The position numbers and the translations under genes are program-made. Below are positions 52,690-64,000 of a stretch of 64,000 nucleotides of DNA, piece after piece. Below the pieces are notes generated by a model. That model was not told the origin of the DNA. It saw only the letters and a list, made by a program, of their open reading frames with translations, and did not search any database. Positions within the stretch are counted from its first letter, which is position 1; each line of letters opens with the position of its first letter. This DNA comes from Lama glama (lineage: Eukaryota): NCBI GenBank assembly GCA_028534125.1, contig CM052818.1:30072001-30136000 (forward strand), read 5' to 3'.

Positions 52690-53492
52690 CTCCCCAATCT
52701 TCAAGCTTCAATCTTGAATTTCAAATGTCTTCTAAAAATCTCTACTTGGATGTCCTTCAAGAACGTCAAAATTTACACAACTGAAATCACTATGTCCCTC
52801 TTGCTCCTCAGCATTCTCCAACAAAAGCTACTCACCACGCCTTCTTGTGCCGTTTATTCCAGTTACTAAACACCAGTCACCCAGTTACCCAAGGTAGAAA
52901 CCTAAGTATGAGTAATTTTCACCCTGTCAATCCCTCTCATCCCCATATTCACCGAATTATTTTATTCCTACCTCTCAAGCTAAGTTACATGCAGATCTCA
53001 CAACTTCTCACACTTGGGCATCAGCTTGAACCAATTTTGTCACAACCTACAATGGCACCCTACCACTGACATCAAGTCCAAACTTCTTTAGCAAAACATA
53101 TTACGACTTTGTCCTTGTCTATCTCTCAGCTTCAACCAACTCCTCTTCCCCGCAAAACTTCCTGAATTCACCATGTTTTTAAAGACCAATGTTTCTGCAC
53201 AAGCTAGTACCTTGGCTTAAGATGATCATCCCATAACATTCCCTCCCACTATCTCATCTTCCCAAACCAATCATAAAGGCAACATCCTCTGAGAAGCCTT
53301 CTCTATTTTCCTCAGGTTGAAGAAACTCTCTCCTCTATACTCACACAGCATTCTGCATATCTGTATTATAGTACTTACACTAAAATGGTTTACCTAAAAA
53401 CATCTCCAAGCATTCACTCAAATATCAAAATGTTGCCTTATTTTGTGCCCCCATGCCTAGCACATGCTCAATAAATGCATGAATGAATGTCA
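52690..53492 (-). mobile_element. L2 fragment including 3' end
   Basis: Ends GCTCAATAAATGCATGAATGAATG. Confidence 0.6.
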
Positions 53493-53729
53493 GTCAACCA
53501 GCTCTTCACATCATCTTGCTCTTTTAAAAATTTCAAGTCCAAAATCAAATAACTTACATAGTTTTTATCTCTCCTGTAATACAAAAGTATTGCTCTTACA
53601 TCTATTAGATTTCACCACATTCCCACCCATACATGTGGAGAACTGAAAGAAAAAAATACTGCAATTTCAACAGAGTATCTGTAGTAAAAATATCTACTGC
53701 ACTCTACAAATTTTGCTACCACAAGAACA

Positions 53730-53900
53730 CTTATAGAGCATATACTATATACCAGGCACTACTCTATATGCTTAACATATATTAATTCATTTTAATTCTC
53801 ACAATCACTTTAAGAGGTAGATAATATTATTATCCTCATTTTATAGATGAACTTCAAGATCAAGCAGAACCAAGACTTATGCTGTTGTGTTCTAGAGGCT
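53730..53900 (-). mobile_element. MIR SINE
   Basis: CATTTTAATTCTCACAA..GAGGTAGATAATTATTATCCTCATTTTATAGATGA. Confidence 0.7.
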
Positions 53901-54254
53901 GGTATCTTATACTGCCTCTCATTAGTAACAAAGACTAGAATAAACTCTCTGCTAGAGCAAAACCATCTTTGAGTATTGAATAGTTGGGAAAACGTGGGAG
54001 GTAAATGCAAAAATTTGGATAAATATAGAAGATCTTGAAAATATAGCAAAATATTTTTAAGAATCTTAATTCACTCTAATTAATTACAGAAAAATGTTTT
54101 GCCAATAAAACAGCAAATCTCTGACATAAGATACATCATCATGTAGCATTACTAAAGTCAGTCAACTGAAACAAGAGCCAAAGTACATAGTCACAGCCCA
54201 TGGTCAAAGATATTTGCTGAATTAAGTTTTTATAAAGAACTCAAAAAAAAAAAA

Positions 54255-54577
54255 GAACATAAATACAAAACAGAAACAGACTCATAGACATAGAATACAA
54301 ACCTGTGGTTGCCAAGGGGGAAGGGGGTGGGAAGGGATAGACTGGGAGTTCAAAATTTGTAGATACTGACAGGCATATGTAGAATAGATAAACAAGATTA
54401 TACTATATAGCACAGGGAAATATATACAAGATCTTGTGGTAGCTCACAGCAAAAAAGAATGTGACAATGAATATACGTTCATGTATAACAGAAAAATTGT
54501 GCTCTACACTGGAAATTGACACAACATTGTAAACTAACTATTAACTCAATTTAAAAAAAGTTAAAAAGAAAAAAAAA
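54255..54577 (+). mobile_element. Lineage-specific L1 3' end
   Basis: AAAACAGAAACAGACTCATAGACATAGAA...GTAAACTAACTAT followed by A tail. Confidence 0.85.
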
Positions 54578-54882
54578 CACTAAGTCAGTAAACACTTTGT
54601 AGAGTAATAGTGAGGCACATGGCAACACTAAGCACCCATGAGGCTTAAGAGAATCAGCATTCGCTCTTTATCTACTTACACATAAGCCTAGCAGTGTTAG
54701 GCACTTTAAAAATGTTTACCTCTTAAATCTTCACAACCATCCCATTAAATATTAATCATAACTTACAAATGAGGAAGCTGGAATTGAGTAAGTTTAGGTA
54801 GTAAGTGAGCTAAATTCAAAATTCAGAACTATCTAAAACATAAAGCCCATTCACTCTCCACATGTCCCTAAAAAAGCTTACT

Positions 54883-54930
54883 AAAAAAAAAAAAAAGTAT
54901 ATATATATGTGTATATATATATATATATGT
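54883..54930 (+). repeat. poly-A plus (TA)n microsatellite
   Basis: directly visible. Confidence 0.85.
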
Positions 54931-55509
54931 AAAATGCACTATACATTTAGGGGAGAAGGGGCTCCATTTCAGAAAGCAAGAGAAAACACCACCACCAGTA
55001 ATTAAATAAATATGAAAATACTGAACAAATTAACAATACCTTACTCTTACATCAAAGCAAAAACTAGATAGATTCTGCAGGATGGTGAAAAGTGGTAAAT
55101 AGAAATTCCTAAGAAGTCCAAATTTGGGGTTAAGTTCAAAAGATTTAACAGAGAAAATCACAAAGATTTAAGGGGAAAAAAAGGAGATTTACAAGTAAAT
55201 TAAAGAAACATTTTTAACAGTAAACACCATTCTAAGCACTTTACACATATTGATACTTAATCCTCACAATTAATACAATCATCACCCCCATTTTGCAAAT
55301 GAGGAAACTGGAACAGAAATGCTAAATAATTTAGTCAAAGTTACACAGTTCGGGGGGGGGGGGCGGACAGAAACCAGGATCACAACTTAAAACCTTTCTC
55401 CTTCCTAATTGTTACACTAAATGAAATTAACAAATAAGTTAAAGAGAGGAATACATCTAATAATATAAATAATACAGTCAAGTGGTGTATGTAGAGCTAT
55501 TTTGATTTT

Positions 55510-56365
55510 TCAAATCCAAGTCCACAAATAAGCATGTGGAAATTGTTCAATATCATGTCATTAGGGAATTGCAAATTAAAACAATAAGATACCACTACAC
55601 ACCTATGAGAATGGCAACAATTCAAAACACTAACAACATCGAATGCTGATGAGGCTGTGAAGCAACAGAAACTCTCATTCATTGCTGCTGGGAATGCAAA
55701 ATGGCATAGCCACTTTAAAGGGAGTTTGGCAGTTTCTTACAAAACTAAACAGACTCCTGCCATATGAACCAGCAGTGACATTCCTTAGTATTTACCCATA
55801 TAAACTAAAAACTTACGTCCACACAAACACCTAGACACAGCTATTTATAGCAGCTTTATTCATAACCTGTCACAACCCGGAAGTAACCAAAATATCCTCT
55901 AGTAAGTGAACGGATAAATAAACTGTGGTACATCCAGACAATGGAATATTATTCAGTGCTAGAAGAAATAAGCTATCAAGCCATGCAAAGATATGAAGGA
56001 AACTTAAATGCATACTATTAAGTGAAAGAAGTCAAACTGAAAAGCTTACACACTATATGATTCCGACTATATGACATTCTAGGAAAGGCAAAACTACAGA
56101 GATAGTATAAAGATCAATGGTTGCCAGGAAATAGAGGGGAAGGAGAAAATATACCGAACAAGAGGATTTCAATGAAATTATATTACACAATACATCATAT
56201 ACAGTCAGAACCCATAGAATAAGGGTGAATCATAACATAAACTACAGACTTAGGGTGATAATGATGTGTTTATTGACTGTAACAAACATATCACTGTAGT
56301 GTCAGGTGTTGATGGGGGGATCAGAAAAATGGTAATATGAGAACTCTATACTTTCTGCTCAATTT
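55510..56365 (+). mobile_element. Old L1 (L1MC/MD-like) ORF2 end and 3' UTR
   Basis: TCATTAGGGAATTGCAAATTAAAACA, CTCTCATTCATTGCTG, AACTGTGGTACATCCA. Confidence 0.85.
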
Positions 56366-56371
56366 TATTTA

Positions 56372-56570
56372 TCTTTTTTATTGAAGTATAGTCAGTTACA
56401 ATGTGTCAATTTCTGGTGTACAGCATAATGTCCCAGTCATGCATATATATACATATATTCATTTTCATATACTTTTTCAAAGGTTATTACAAGATACTGA
56501 ATATAGTTCCCTATGCTACACAGAGGAAATTTGTTTTTTATCTATTTTTATATATAGTGGTTAACATCTG
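56372..56570 (-). mobile_element. L1 3' end, minus strand
   Basis: TTTTTTATTGAAGTATAGTCAGTTACAATGTGTCAATTTCTGGTGTACAG; related in reverse complement to 54360-54560. Confidence 0.8.
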
Positions 56571-59349
56571 CCTAATTTTACTATGAACCTAAAACTGCCC
56601 TAAAAAATAGTCTATTTAAGGAAAAAAAAGCCAAAAAATGAGCAGTTAATATGTAAGGAAGCATCCATATAACACACTCATTAGTATACATACACCAAAT
56701 CAAAAATATTTATTAATATTTCATACTAGGCATCCTGCGGAGGGGATATAAACAAGTAGACAAGGCTCCTTCCCACAAGGAGTTTGAAATAGTTAAACAG
56801 ATACCACATATTCAAAAAAAACTAAATAAAATAATATAGAAATAGTTCAACACAGAAAACATACCACCAACAGCTAACTTGCCAAATAACTAAAATACAC
56901 ATTAATAGGACAATATGTACTTAGCGGTTCAGTGTATCACTTCAGACTAAAAGAATAAGGAAGTTAAGATATGCTCTAAGTCTTGAAAAAATGGATAAGA
57001 TTTGTCTAATCTGGAGGGAACTGGTGAATTCTAAGAAAGAGTAAAACTACTGGAGTTAGGAAAGGAAATTAAATGAACCAGTTTCACAAAACAAAACAGT
57101 GAGACAAAACTAGAAAGACTCGTAGAGGCCAGATCATGGAGGTCACTGAAGGTCAAGCCAAAGAAATTAGCACAGAGACTTAGAAATCTTAACTCTTAAA
57201 CACTAACAGAGAGCAAATACTTGCCTAACCTAAGTATATACTGATGACTCTTAAACTAATGAAAGAGTATTTATAAACATTTTATGTCAGATACAATCTG
57301 ACAATATGTTCTAATTGACAGTTAAAAATTCACCGTCTTTGCCACCCAATTGAATACATATACATACAAGTCCTGCTCCCATTTTTCCAATTTCCAATCT
57401 ACACTAATAGGCTACCCATAACCCTATAAACTGAACCCAACCATTAGACTACTTTTACACACAATAAAACTCCATGATTACACCACTCTTTATCCCTTAA
57501 ACAAAGATGTCTTTCCTCTAAGGTAGAAAAGGTGGCTCACTGCCCATGAACTGTAAAGAGAGGTCATGTTAGGACCACGGTCACTACTGGCACGTTCTCC
57601 CTATTCTATTTATAGGACTGTCACCTTCTATTCATCATTAAAAGCAAACCTATTAAATACCTACATATTCCAGGCAAAACATAAAATGCAGCATTCTGTC
57701 CCAAATCATTTGAATAAACAACACACACAGGATCCTATGCAACTTCTGTTAATTATTGTGAATAAACTGTACTTCTCATATATGAAAACACTTCAGAATT
57801 TGTCCATTGTCACTTTCAAACTTTTTTTGTAATCCTTTTGTTTGTCATGAGCTTGTCTACATATTTTTAATCATATACTACTCAATCCCCAATGCATGGC
57901 CATCCACCATCATATCCAATCCCATACTTTCTAATTAAATGCCCCAACATTCTCAACTAAAGTATCCCAAATCAGTGCTACAGTTTATTCATTTATCTTT
58001 TCACTTACAGTGTACACCTAAAGCTCTCCCTTTTAGCAATCTACCATTAGAGTGACTATTTTCTTCCCTTTCACGAACAGGCCCATTCATGTATGTCCCA
58101 TCTCCCCAGTCATTTATAACTAACTCTGGCACATATAATCTTTCTGAAATATGTCCTCCAGACATAAAAAGACCCTGTTAGACTCCTCTTTCTATTGAAA
58201 TATTTTTTAACTTTTGTTAATATGGCTTTTTATAGAAATCCAAATATATATACTATGATACCACTTATTAAAAGTTTAAAATCATCAAAGACAGTGTTTG
58301 ATATTGTTTAAAGATAAAGGTACATACTAAAAACATAAAGCCATGTATAAAAATGATAAAACCAAATTAAGGATAATGCTCATGGAAGAGAGACAGTTGG
58401 AGGAATGCAGTCCAGGAGGGACACAGAAGGCTTCAACTCTATGTGTAATGTTGTATTTTTTAAACTGAGTCAGGAATATATGGTTGTCCAACATAATTGT
58501 TTACACCTTTTCCTATATGAAATACATTTAAGTGAGTTTAAGAAGAAAGATAACCAATTACTAATGAGAATCATCCTCTCATACAGAGTGACAAGCCGTT
58601 ATGACCAAGTTGCAGTAAATGCTCATTGCTACTTCTGGGATACCACTTCTGTGCTTTACCTAAGCCAAGAAAAGAAAAATCACAAAGCTACAATACAAAC
58701 TTTCCTCTTAGATATCTTTTAGTTATGTTCCAGGTTTATACTTCACAGCTATACGCAATCCATTTCTTTCACAACTCTCACATCAACCAAAATTAAATCC
58801 TTTATCTTTGTATCCCTAAATAGCCATTTACTCCTAAGTGCCTCATACAGTAACCTAGACTAACCTTCTTTTCTTATGTGTCTCTGTCAAAATACAAGTG
58901 AATTAGTAAGGCCACATAACTACTTCCACTTGGCTAAATGCAGACAGTCGTATACATTACATCTCTGTGCATGAGTCTACCCTACTCGTATACTAACTTT
59001 TCCATCTCAATTTGTAACATCTAAATTAAGCCTCATCATTCAACCGCAAATGAAATGTCATCTCGGCTAAATCTAACTTGGCCGGGGCGCTCCAAAACCC
59101 TCCACTCTAGCCCACTGAGCGTTGACCTCATGCATACTGAAAGTCGCGCCCCTGGACCAACGTTTACACCAGCCAGAACTGCTCTTCTCCATTAGTGAGT
59201 CTCACACACGCCTCCGTATCCCAACGTTCGGCTCGCTGTGGTAAAACTGGCAGAGAGGACCTGAAGTTTCACCTCCTAATGAACCCAAAGGAATCTGTAC
59301 CTCACACACCGCAGGTGCTGAGTTTCTCGCTCCGTGTTGGGGAGGGGGG

Positions 59350-60990
59350 AGGAGGTGGAAGCCCCGAGCTAGGGGACAAGGTCTAGTCTTCCATGGCGTC
59401 CGCCCGAGTCCTAAAGTCGTCGACCGAACAGTTCAGGCAGCTGGCCCGCCTACTTCCCTCCCCACCCCCACTCCAGGCCCACCCCACCCCACCCCCACCC
59501 CAGGCGCGAAGCCGGCGGTACATCCCCGCACCTGTGGGTCCCAGGAACAGCCGCGGAACCACTTCTCTCCACAAGAGGGGAGGGCTTGGATGCCGGCTCG
59601 GACGCTCGGCTCCCGCCACCGGCCTCTCAAGTCGGTACCAACCCTGCGACCCTTTCGGTCTCTGATCCAGCATTAGGCAGTACGGACACCCTCCCCAGGA
59701 CCTAGCTGGGGGCCTGGGCTTCTCCAATGCCGAGTTCCGGGGCCTCCTCACCTCTCCCAGAGGACCAACCTACACCGGACGCTCAAGGCCCGAAAGGCAA
59801 CTCCCACCACTCCCCGCCTCGCCCATCTTTCCTCCCTAGCTGCAGCCGCTGAAAAAGCCAAGTCCTAAGGTCCTCCTCCCTCAGCTTCCGGGCCTCCCTT
59901 CAGAGCCAGGCCCGAGCCCCCAGCCCTGCCCTCCGCCACCAGCTCCCGTCACGCCGCTTCCCTCCTCCAGAGGCCGAGCCCCGGGCTGGGCGGCTTCCCT
60001 CCCTGGCGTCCTCCTCCCGCGCCGGGTCCGGTCCCCGCCCGGCGTGCCGCACACTCACCGCTGAGCGCCGAGGCCTGCAGGGTAGCCCCTGAGGTGCCGT
60101 CGATGACTTTGATGGTCCCGCGACTGGTGACGGCCAGGATGGCGTTGAGCGCCGGGTGGTAGGAGAGGCTGTGCAGCCCGTCGGCGTCGCAACGCATGCA
60201 GCCGTCCCGCAGCACCAGCCACTCGGAGACCCCAGCCGCTCCCGCCCCCGCCGCTGAGGAGCAGCCCGGGCCCGAGGCCGCCGCAGCCGCAGCCGCCATC
60301 TTCCGGCCTGCGCTCAGCACAATCACACTGGGAAGCGGCTCAGTGACAGTCCTGGGAGGTGCAGCACCACCGCCAGTCACCATCCGGGGCCAGGGGGCAA
60401 GCGGAGCGCGTTAGCCGGAAGTGAAGTCAGGCGCCGGCACGCACGCGGGACGTCGGCCGCGCGCCCAGTGGGGCCAAGCTCGGAGGGAGGCTGGCAGGGG
60501 AGGGGGAGAGAGCGAGAGAGGCGGGACCCGGGGCGGGAGCAAGAGGCGGGCGGGCGGAGCATGCGCCGGAGGGCTCCTGCGTGCCACGCGCCGCTGGTCC
60601 GGCCAGCTCCGCGTCCGCAACGTCCCAGTTTCTTTTTCCAAGGCGAGGGAGTGGCCGCTGCCTGGGCTCCGCCCGGGTCCTCTACTCCGGGCCGCCGGGG
60701 GAGGGGGGGCGTAGGGGGTTGGGGCGTGTATTTCTGCTAAGCGGGGACTTGCGTCCATGCCACCTGGCTGAGACACCTTGAGGCCCCTTGCCCCTTGCTA
60801 ATGTTCTAGCTGCGTCCGGATGGTTCCCCCCACCCCCGGTTCCGCTGTTTGGCCATGGCCCAAACGAGACACGGTCTGGGTCGCAGCTCTAGTCTGAGGA
60901 TAGCAGTCTGAAAAACGTCTAGTTTGGATTTGAAGAAACCGAGCGACCTCCCCAAGCCCATGCGTATCCCAACGCCCCCCCGACCCCCAA
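59350..60990. promoter_or_regulatory. CpG island / TATA-less promoter of BIRC6
   Basis: Abrupt GC- and CpG-rich block in otherwise AT-rich, CpG-depleted DNA, spanning exon 1. Contains ETS/GABP CCGGAAGTG (60415-60423), GC box GGGGCGGG (60530-60537), NRF1-like GAGCATGCGC (60557-60566) and YY1 GCCGCCATCTT (60292-60302). Confidence 0.9.
60059..60383 (-). CDS. BIRC6: BIRC6 exon 1 coding part (325 nt) MVTGGGAAPP...GATLQASALS
   Basis: ATG at 60381-60383; donor GCG|GTGAGT; ORF 59949-60383 reads through the donor. Confidence 0.95.
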
Positions 60991-61139
60991 ATCTTTTTGT
61001 TGACTAGAAGTGCCAAATACAAGGTGCTAAAAACATACAATTAAGCTTATTTTCTCTGTCCAGCTTCCAAACAAGAATTGTTAATAAGTGTGTTGTGGGA
61101 CAAGAAAGGATTGTAGTCAAGTAAATTTACAAATTTTGG

Positions 61140-61490
61140 AGAATAACTTTTGTTTTTTACTTTGTATTTCAAAATAATTAGTAGATTGAGTCACAGTTAG
61201 TTGCAAATATAGTACAGGCCTCTGTGGTCTGCCTCCCCAAAACCCATAACCCCTATCTAACTGTGAGAAGAACATTGGACAAACCCAAATTGAGTCGTCT
61301 ATAAAATACCTGACCAATACTCTGATTCAGAGATAGAGCAGAGAGGTCCAATTTACCCAGTTTCCCCCAAAGGTTACGTAATTTTAGTACAATATCAAAA
61401 GCAGGGATTTGACATATGTATGATGTGTGTATAGTTGTATGTCATTTTATCAAGTGTGGATTTGTGCAGTGTGATCGAGATACACAATTC
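61140..61490. mobile_element. Old L1 3' UTR fragments
   Basis: AGTTGCAAATATAGTAC, TACCCAGTTTCCCCCAA and CTCCCCAAAACCCATAACCCC motifs. Confidence 0.55.
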
Positions 61491-63204
61491 TTTGTTCTGT
61501 GTATTTGGGGCTCATTAGATTATCTCAGAAAGCTTAATATTATCTCAGAAAGCCTAATTTCCTCTTCCTTGAAACCTAATCAACGTGCTACTGGGAGGAT
61601 AATCATTTGTAAAATATGTAGAAAAGGATCTGACGCATAGGTGCTCAATAAAAGCTATGGAAGTTGATTGCCCTCCCACATTCCTGCAGACTTTCTTCAA
61701 GAAATCTTCGTAGATTATCCAAACTACATCTTTAACCTGTTTATTCATATGCAAAGTTGTATTAATGTAATCTAAATATTCACTCCATTTTAAAATGGCA
61801 AATACACCAGTTTTATCTGATGTTGGGAGGCAACATATAATAAAGTGGAAAAAATGTATTAAAGTCTAAATGAATATCTGATTTTGAGTCACTGTGGCTT
61901 CATTTATCTGTGAACTTCGACAAGTAATTTATACATCCTGAGAATGTTCCACCAAGAGTTAAATGGAGATGATCAAATTATTTGCCTTACTTTGAGTTGT
62001 TACAGGTACTTGTGAAAGTACTTGTAAACTGTAAAAATGAGATCACAGGGAGATTAAATGACTTGTCCGAGATCTCACTACTTGTGAGGACAGGGATAAC
62101 AACAAGCCAGAGTATGAACTCAGGCTGTTTGACTCCAGAAGCCATACTCGTAACTTAACCCTCCTGCTCAAACCTTCAGTGGCTTGCAGTAAAAAAAAAA
62201 AAAAAGACTACAAATAATCGCATTTAAATGTAACTGGGGGCATTCTTCCAAAACAGTTTTTAAATCTCAGGACACATGCTGAAACTATAGACTAGCATTT
62301 CAAAGATTTTCTCTCTCAAGACCCATTTGGGGCGAACTTTTCTGTTAATATGAAAGGTTCCCCTGAACAGGCTTCTGATGCAAATCAAGCCCCCCATCTT
62401 TTTGGTAGGAAAAACAAACTAGTAACCTAAACACTAAATTTAAACTTAGTGTACTTTAATCTTGTACTATATTGAAAAGAATAAAAGGCAAATTTTTTTC
62501 TGTTAGCCTATATTACTTTTTTGGGGTTGGGACAAAAAATATTTCTTCCCGTGAATTTATATTGCCTTCACCTGTAAACCAGCATTCTCCAAAGCTCATG
62601 ACCCAGAGATGTTCTGAAATAAAACAATTCCATAATCAAAAAAATTGAGGAAAGAACTCCCCCTATATTTCTTCTCTTAGGAGATTTATAATACATATTA
62701 TCATTTAAAAAGCTCTGAGACCTCTTCGGATAAAGAATACTGTTTAACCTCCTTTATCAACATCTCACAAATTCATATCACCACAGAATCCTGCAAAACC
62801 AGTGTTTCAAAGAGCGCTCTTTAGTGTAACTTGTTCCTTGTTTTGGGGAGTGTTTTTGTTTGAGTACTTGCTGAGACCCCCCCCCCCCACCGCCGGACAG
62901 CAGTGAAGTGTTTCAGGACCCTGGGTAAGATTCCTGGAACTGTTCGTGAAAATGAAACTGGGCAAGACAGAGTGAAGTTTAGCATCAACTGTGTTGTCGA
63001 TGTCTTTCTGCACGTGGAGTTGAGAGCAAATATTCCTGACATTGAAAACGTACTGATTTTCATGGCAAGTCTATTTTGAAGTGATAGCCTTTTGAGAGCC
63101 TCCAGCCCAACCATTTTGGGCATGGGTAGCGATCACCTAAAGGAAGTAGAAATTCCCACAATCATTCTGGAAAGAGGAATTTGCAGGAATCAGAAATGTG
63201 GACT

Positions 63205-63880
63205 CAAAAAGCTGGCATTATTGATACAGAAAAAGCATTTGATAAAAATCCAACATCCATTCAAGGAAAGAAAGCCTCTTAGCAGACTAAAAGTGGAGGG
63301 AAATTCCCCAGCTTGATAAAAAAAAAAATCCACAAAAAACCCTACAGCTAACAGCATACTCAAAATGAATGAAGTAGAATGAAGTAGAACTGAAGTAGAA
63401 TCTCAAACAGCAACAACAACAACAACAACAACAAAAGGACACAAATGAACTTATTTACAAAATAGAGACAGACTCACAGACATAGAAAACAAACTTACAG
63501 TTACCAGGAGGGAAAGAAGATGGGGAGCTCAGGATTTGTAGATACTAACTACTAAATATATAATAGGTAAACAAGGTCCTAATCCATGTAGCACAGGAAA
63601 CTATATTCAATGCCTTGTAATGGCCTATAGTGAAAAAGAATATGAAAAGGAATACATGTATAAATGAGTCAGTATACGGTACACCAAAAATTAACACAAC
63701 ATTGTAATGGACTATACTTCCATTAAGAAAAAAACGGTAAAAGACTGAATGCTTTCCCCTCTAAAATCAGGGACAAGTCAAGGACATCCACTCACCTCTC
63801 TTTTTTAACACAGTACTGGAAGTTCTAGAACTTAATGGAAGTCACTGCAACAAGGCAAGGAAAAGAAATAATAAAGAGAG
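63205..63880 (+). mobile_element. L1 ORF2 fragment interrupted by a younger L1 3' end (~63435-63733)
   Basis: GATACAGAAAAAGCATTTGATAAAA...CCTACAGCTAAC resumes at GGTAAAAGACTGAATGCTTTCCC. Confidence 0.8.
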
Positions 63881-64000
63881 AGGACAGAGTTTCTCACCCC
63901 CACCCGCCCCTCGATTTCCCTTGTGCAGCCACTGGTGGTGAGGGACCCTTCTCTAGTAGGAAGAGTAGAGGCTGAGGTCTAAAAGAGACGAGCTGTCCCA

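Larger units (their letters stand above)
118..60383 (-). other. BIRC6: BIRC6 gene, 5' portion (coding exons 1-22; continues beyond window start)
   Basis: 22 exons joined at GT-AG sites in one phase-consistent frame (cumulative nt 325,507,645,839,951,1034,1257,1418,1477,2872,3022,3248,3409,3499,3631,3810,3944,4106,4238,4336,4484,4618). The peptide is recognisable as the BIRC6 N-terminus including the BIR domain. Confidence 0.98.

Noticed and set aside
59195..61040. Cluster of overlapping 60-120 aa ORFs on both strands
   Set aside because: Expected stop-codon scarcity in a CpG island; low-complexity R/P/G/A peptides. Only the BIRC6 exon 1 frame is supported.
1..64000. Prokaryotic-type systems (CRISPR, operons, defence islands) or intronic snoRNA/miRNA genes
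   Set aside because: The window is a spliced mammalian gene with typical repeats. I saw no repeat-spacer array or convincing C/D, H/ACA or pre-miRNA structure; an Infernal/Rfam scan would be needed to exclude small RNAs fully.

Overview
Mammalian genomic DNA, most likely from a camelid (alpaca, llama or camel), judged from seven tRNA-derived SINEs resembling the camelid Vic-1 family. The window holds the 5' part of BIRC6 (BRUCE/Apollon) on the minus strand. A CpG-island promoter lies at about 59.3-61.0 kb. I traced coding exons 1-22 from ATG 60383 down to 118; all junctions are GT-AG and phase-consistent, giving 4618 coding nt (about 1539 codons), and the gene continues past position 1. The BIR zinc-finger domain is split over exons 5-7. 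Introns are filled with decayed repeats: L1, a class III ERVL pol remnant with LTR, MaLR LTRs, MIR, L2 and hAT/MER elements. Repeat subfamily names come from recall of consensus sequences and their boundaries are approximate. Most short ORFs in the supplied track are exon read-throughs, repeat remnants or GC-rich shadow frames. I found no evidence for a new multi-gene system. The best second-look items are splicing and translation features of BIRC6, strand-biased and nested retrotransposons, and one unexplained ~400-bp coding-like island upstream of the promoter.
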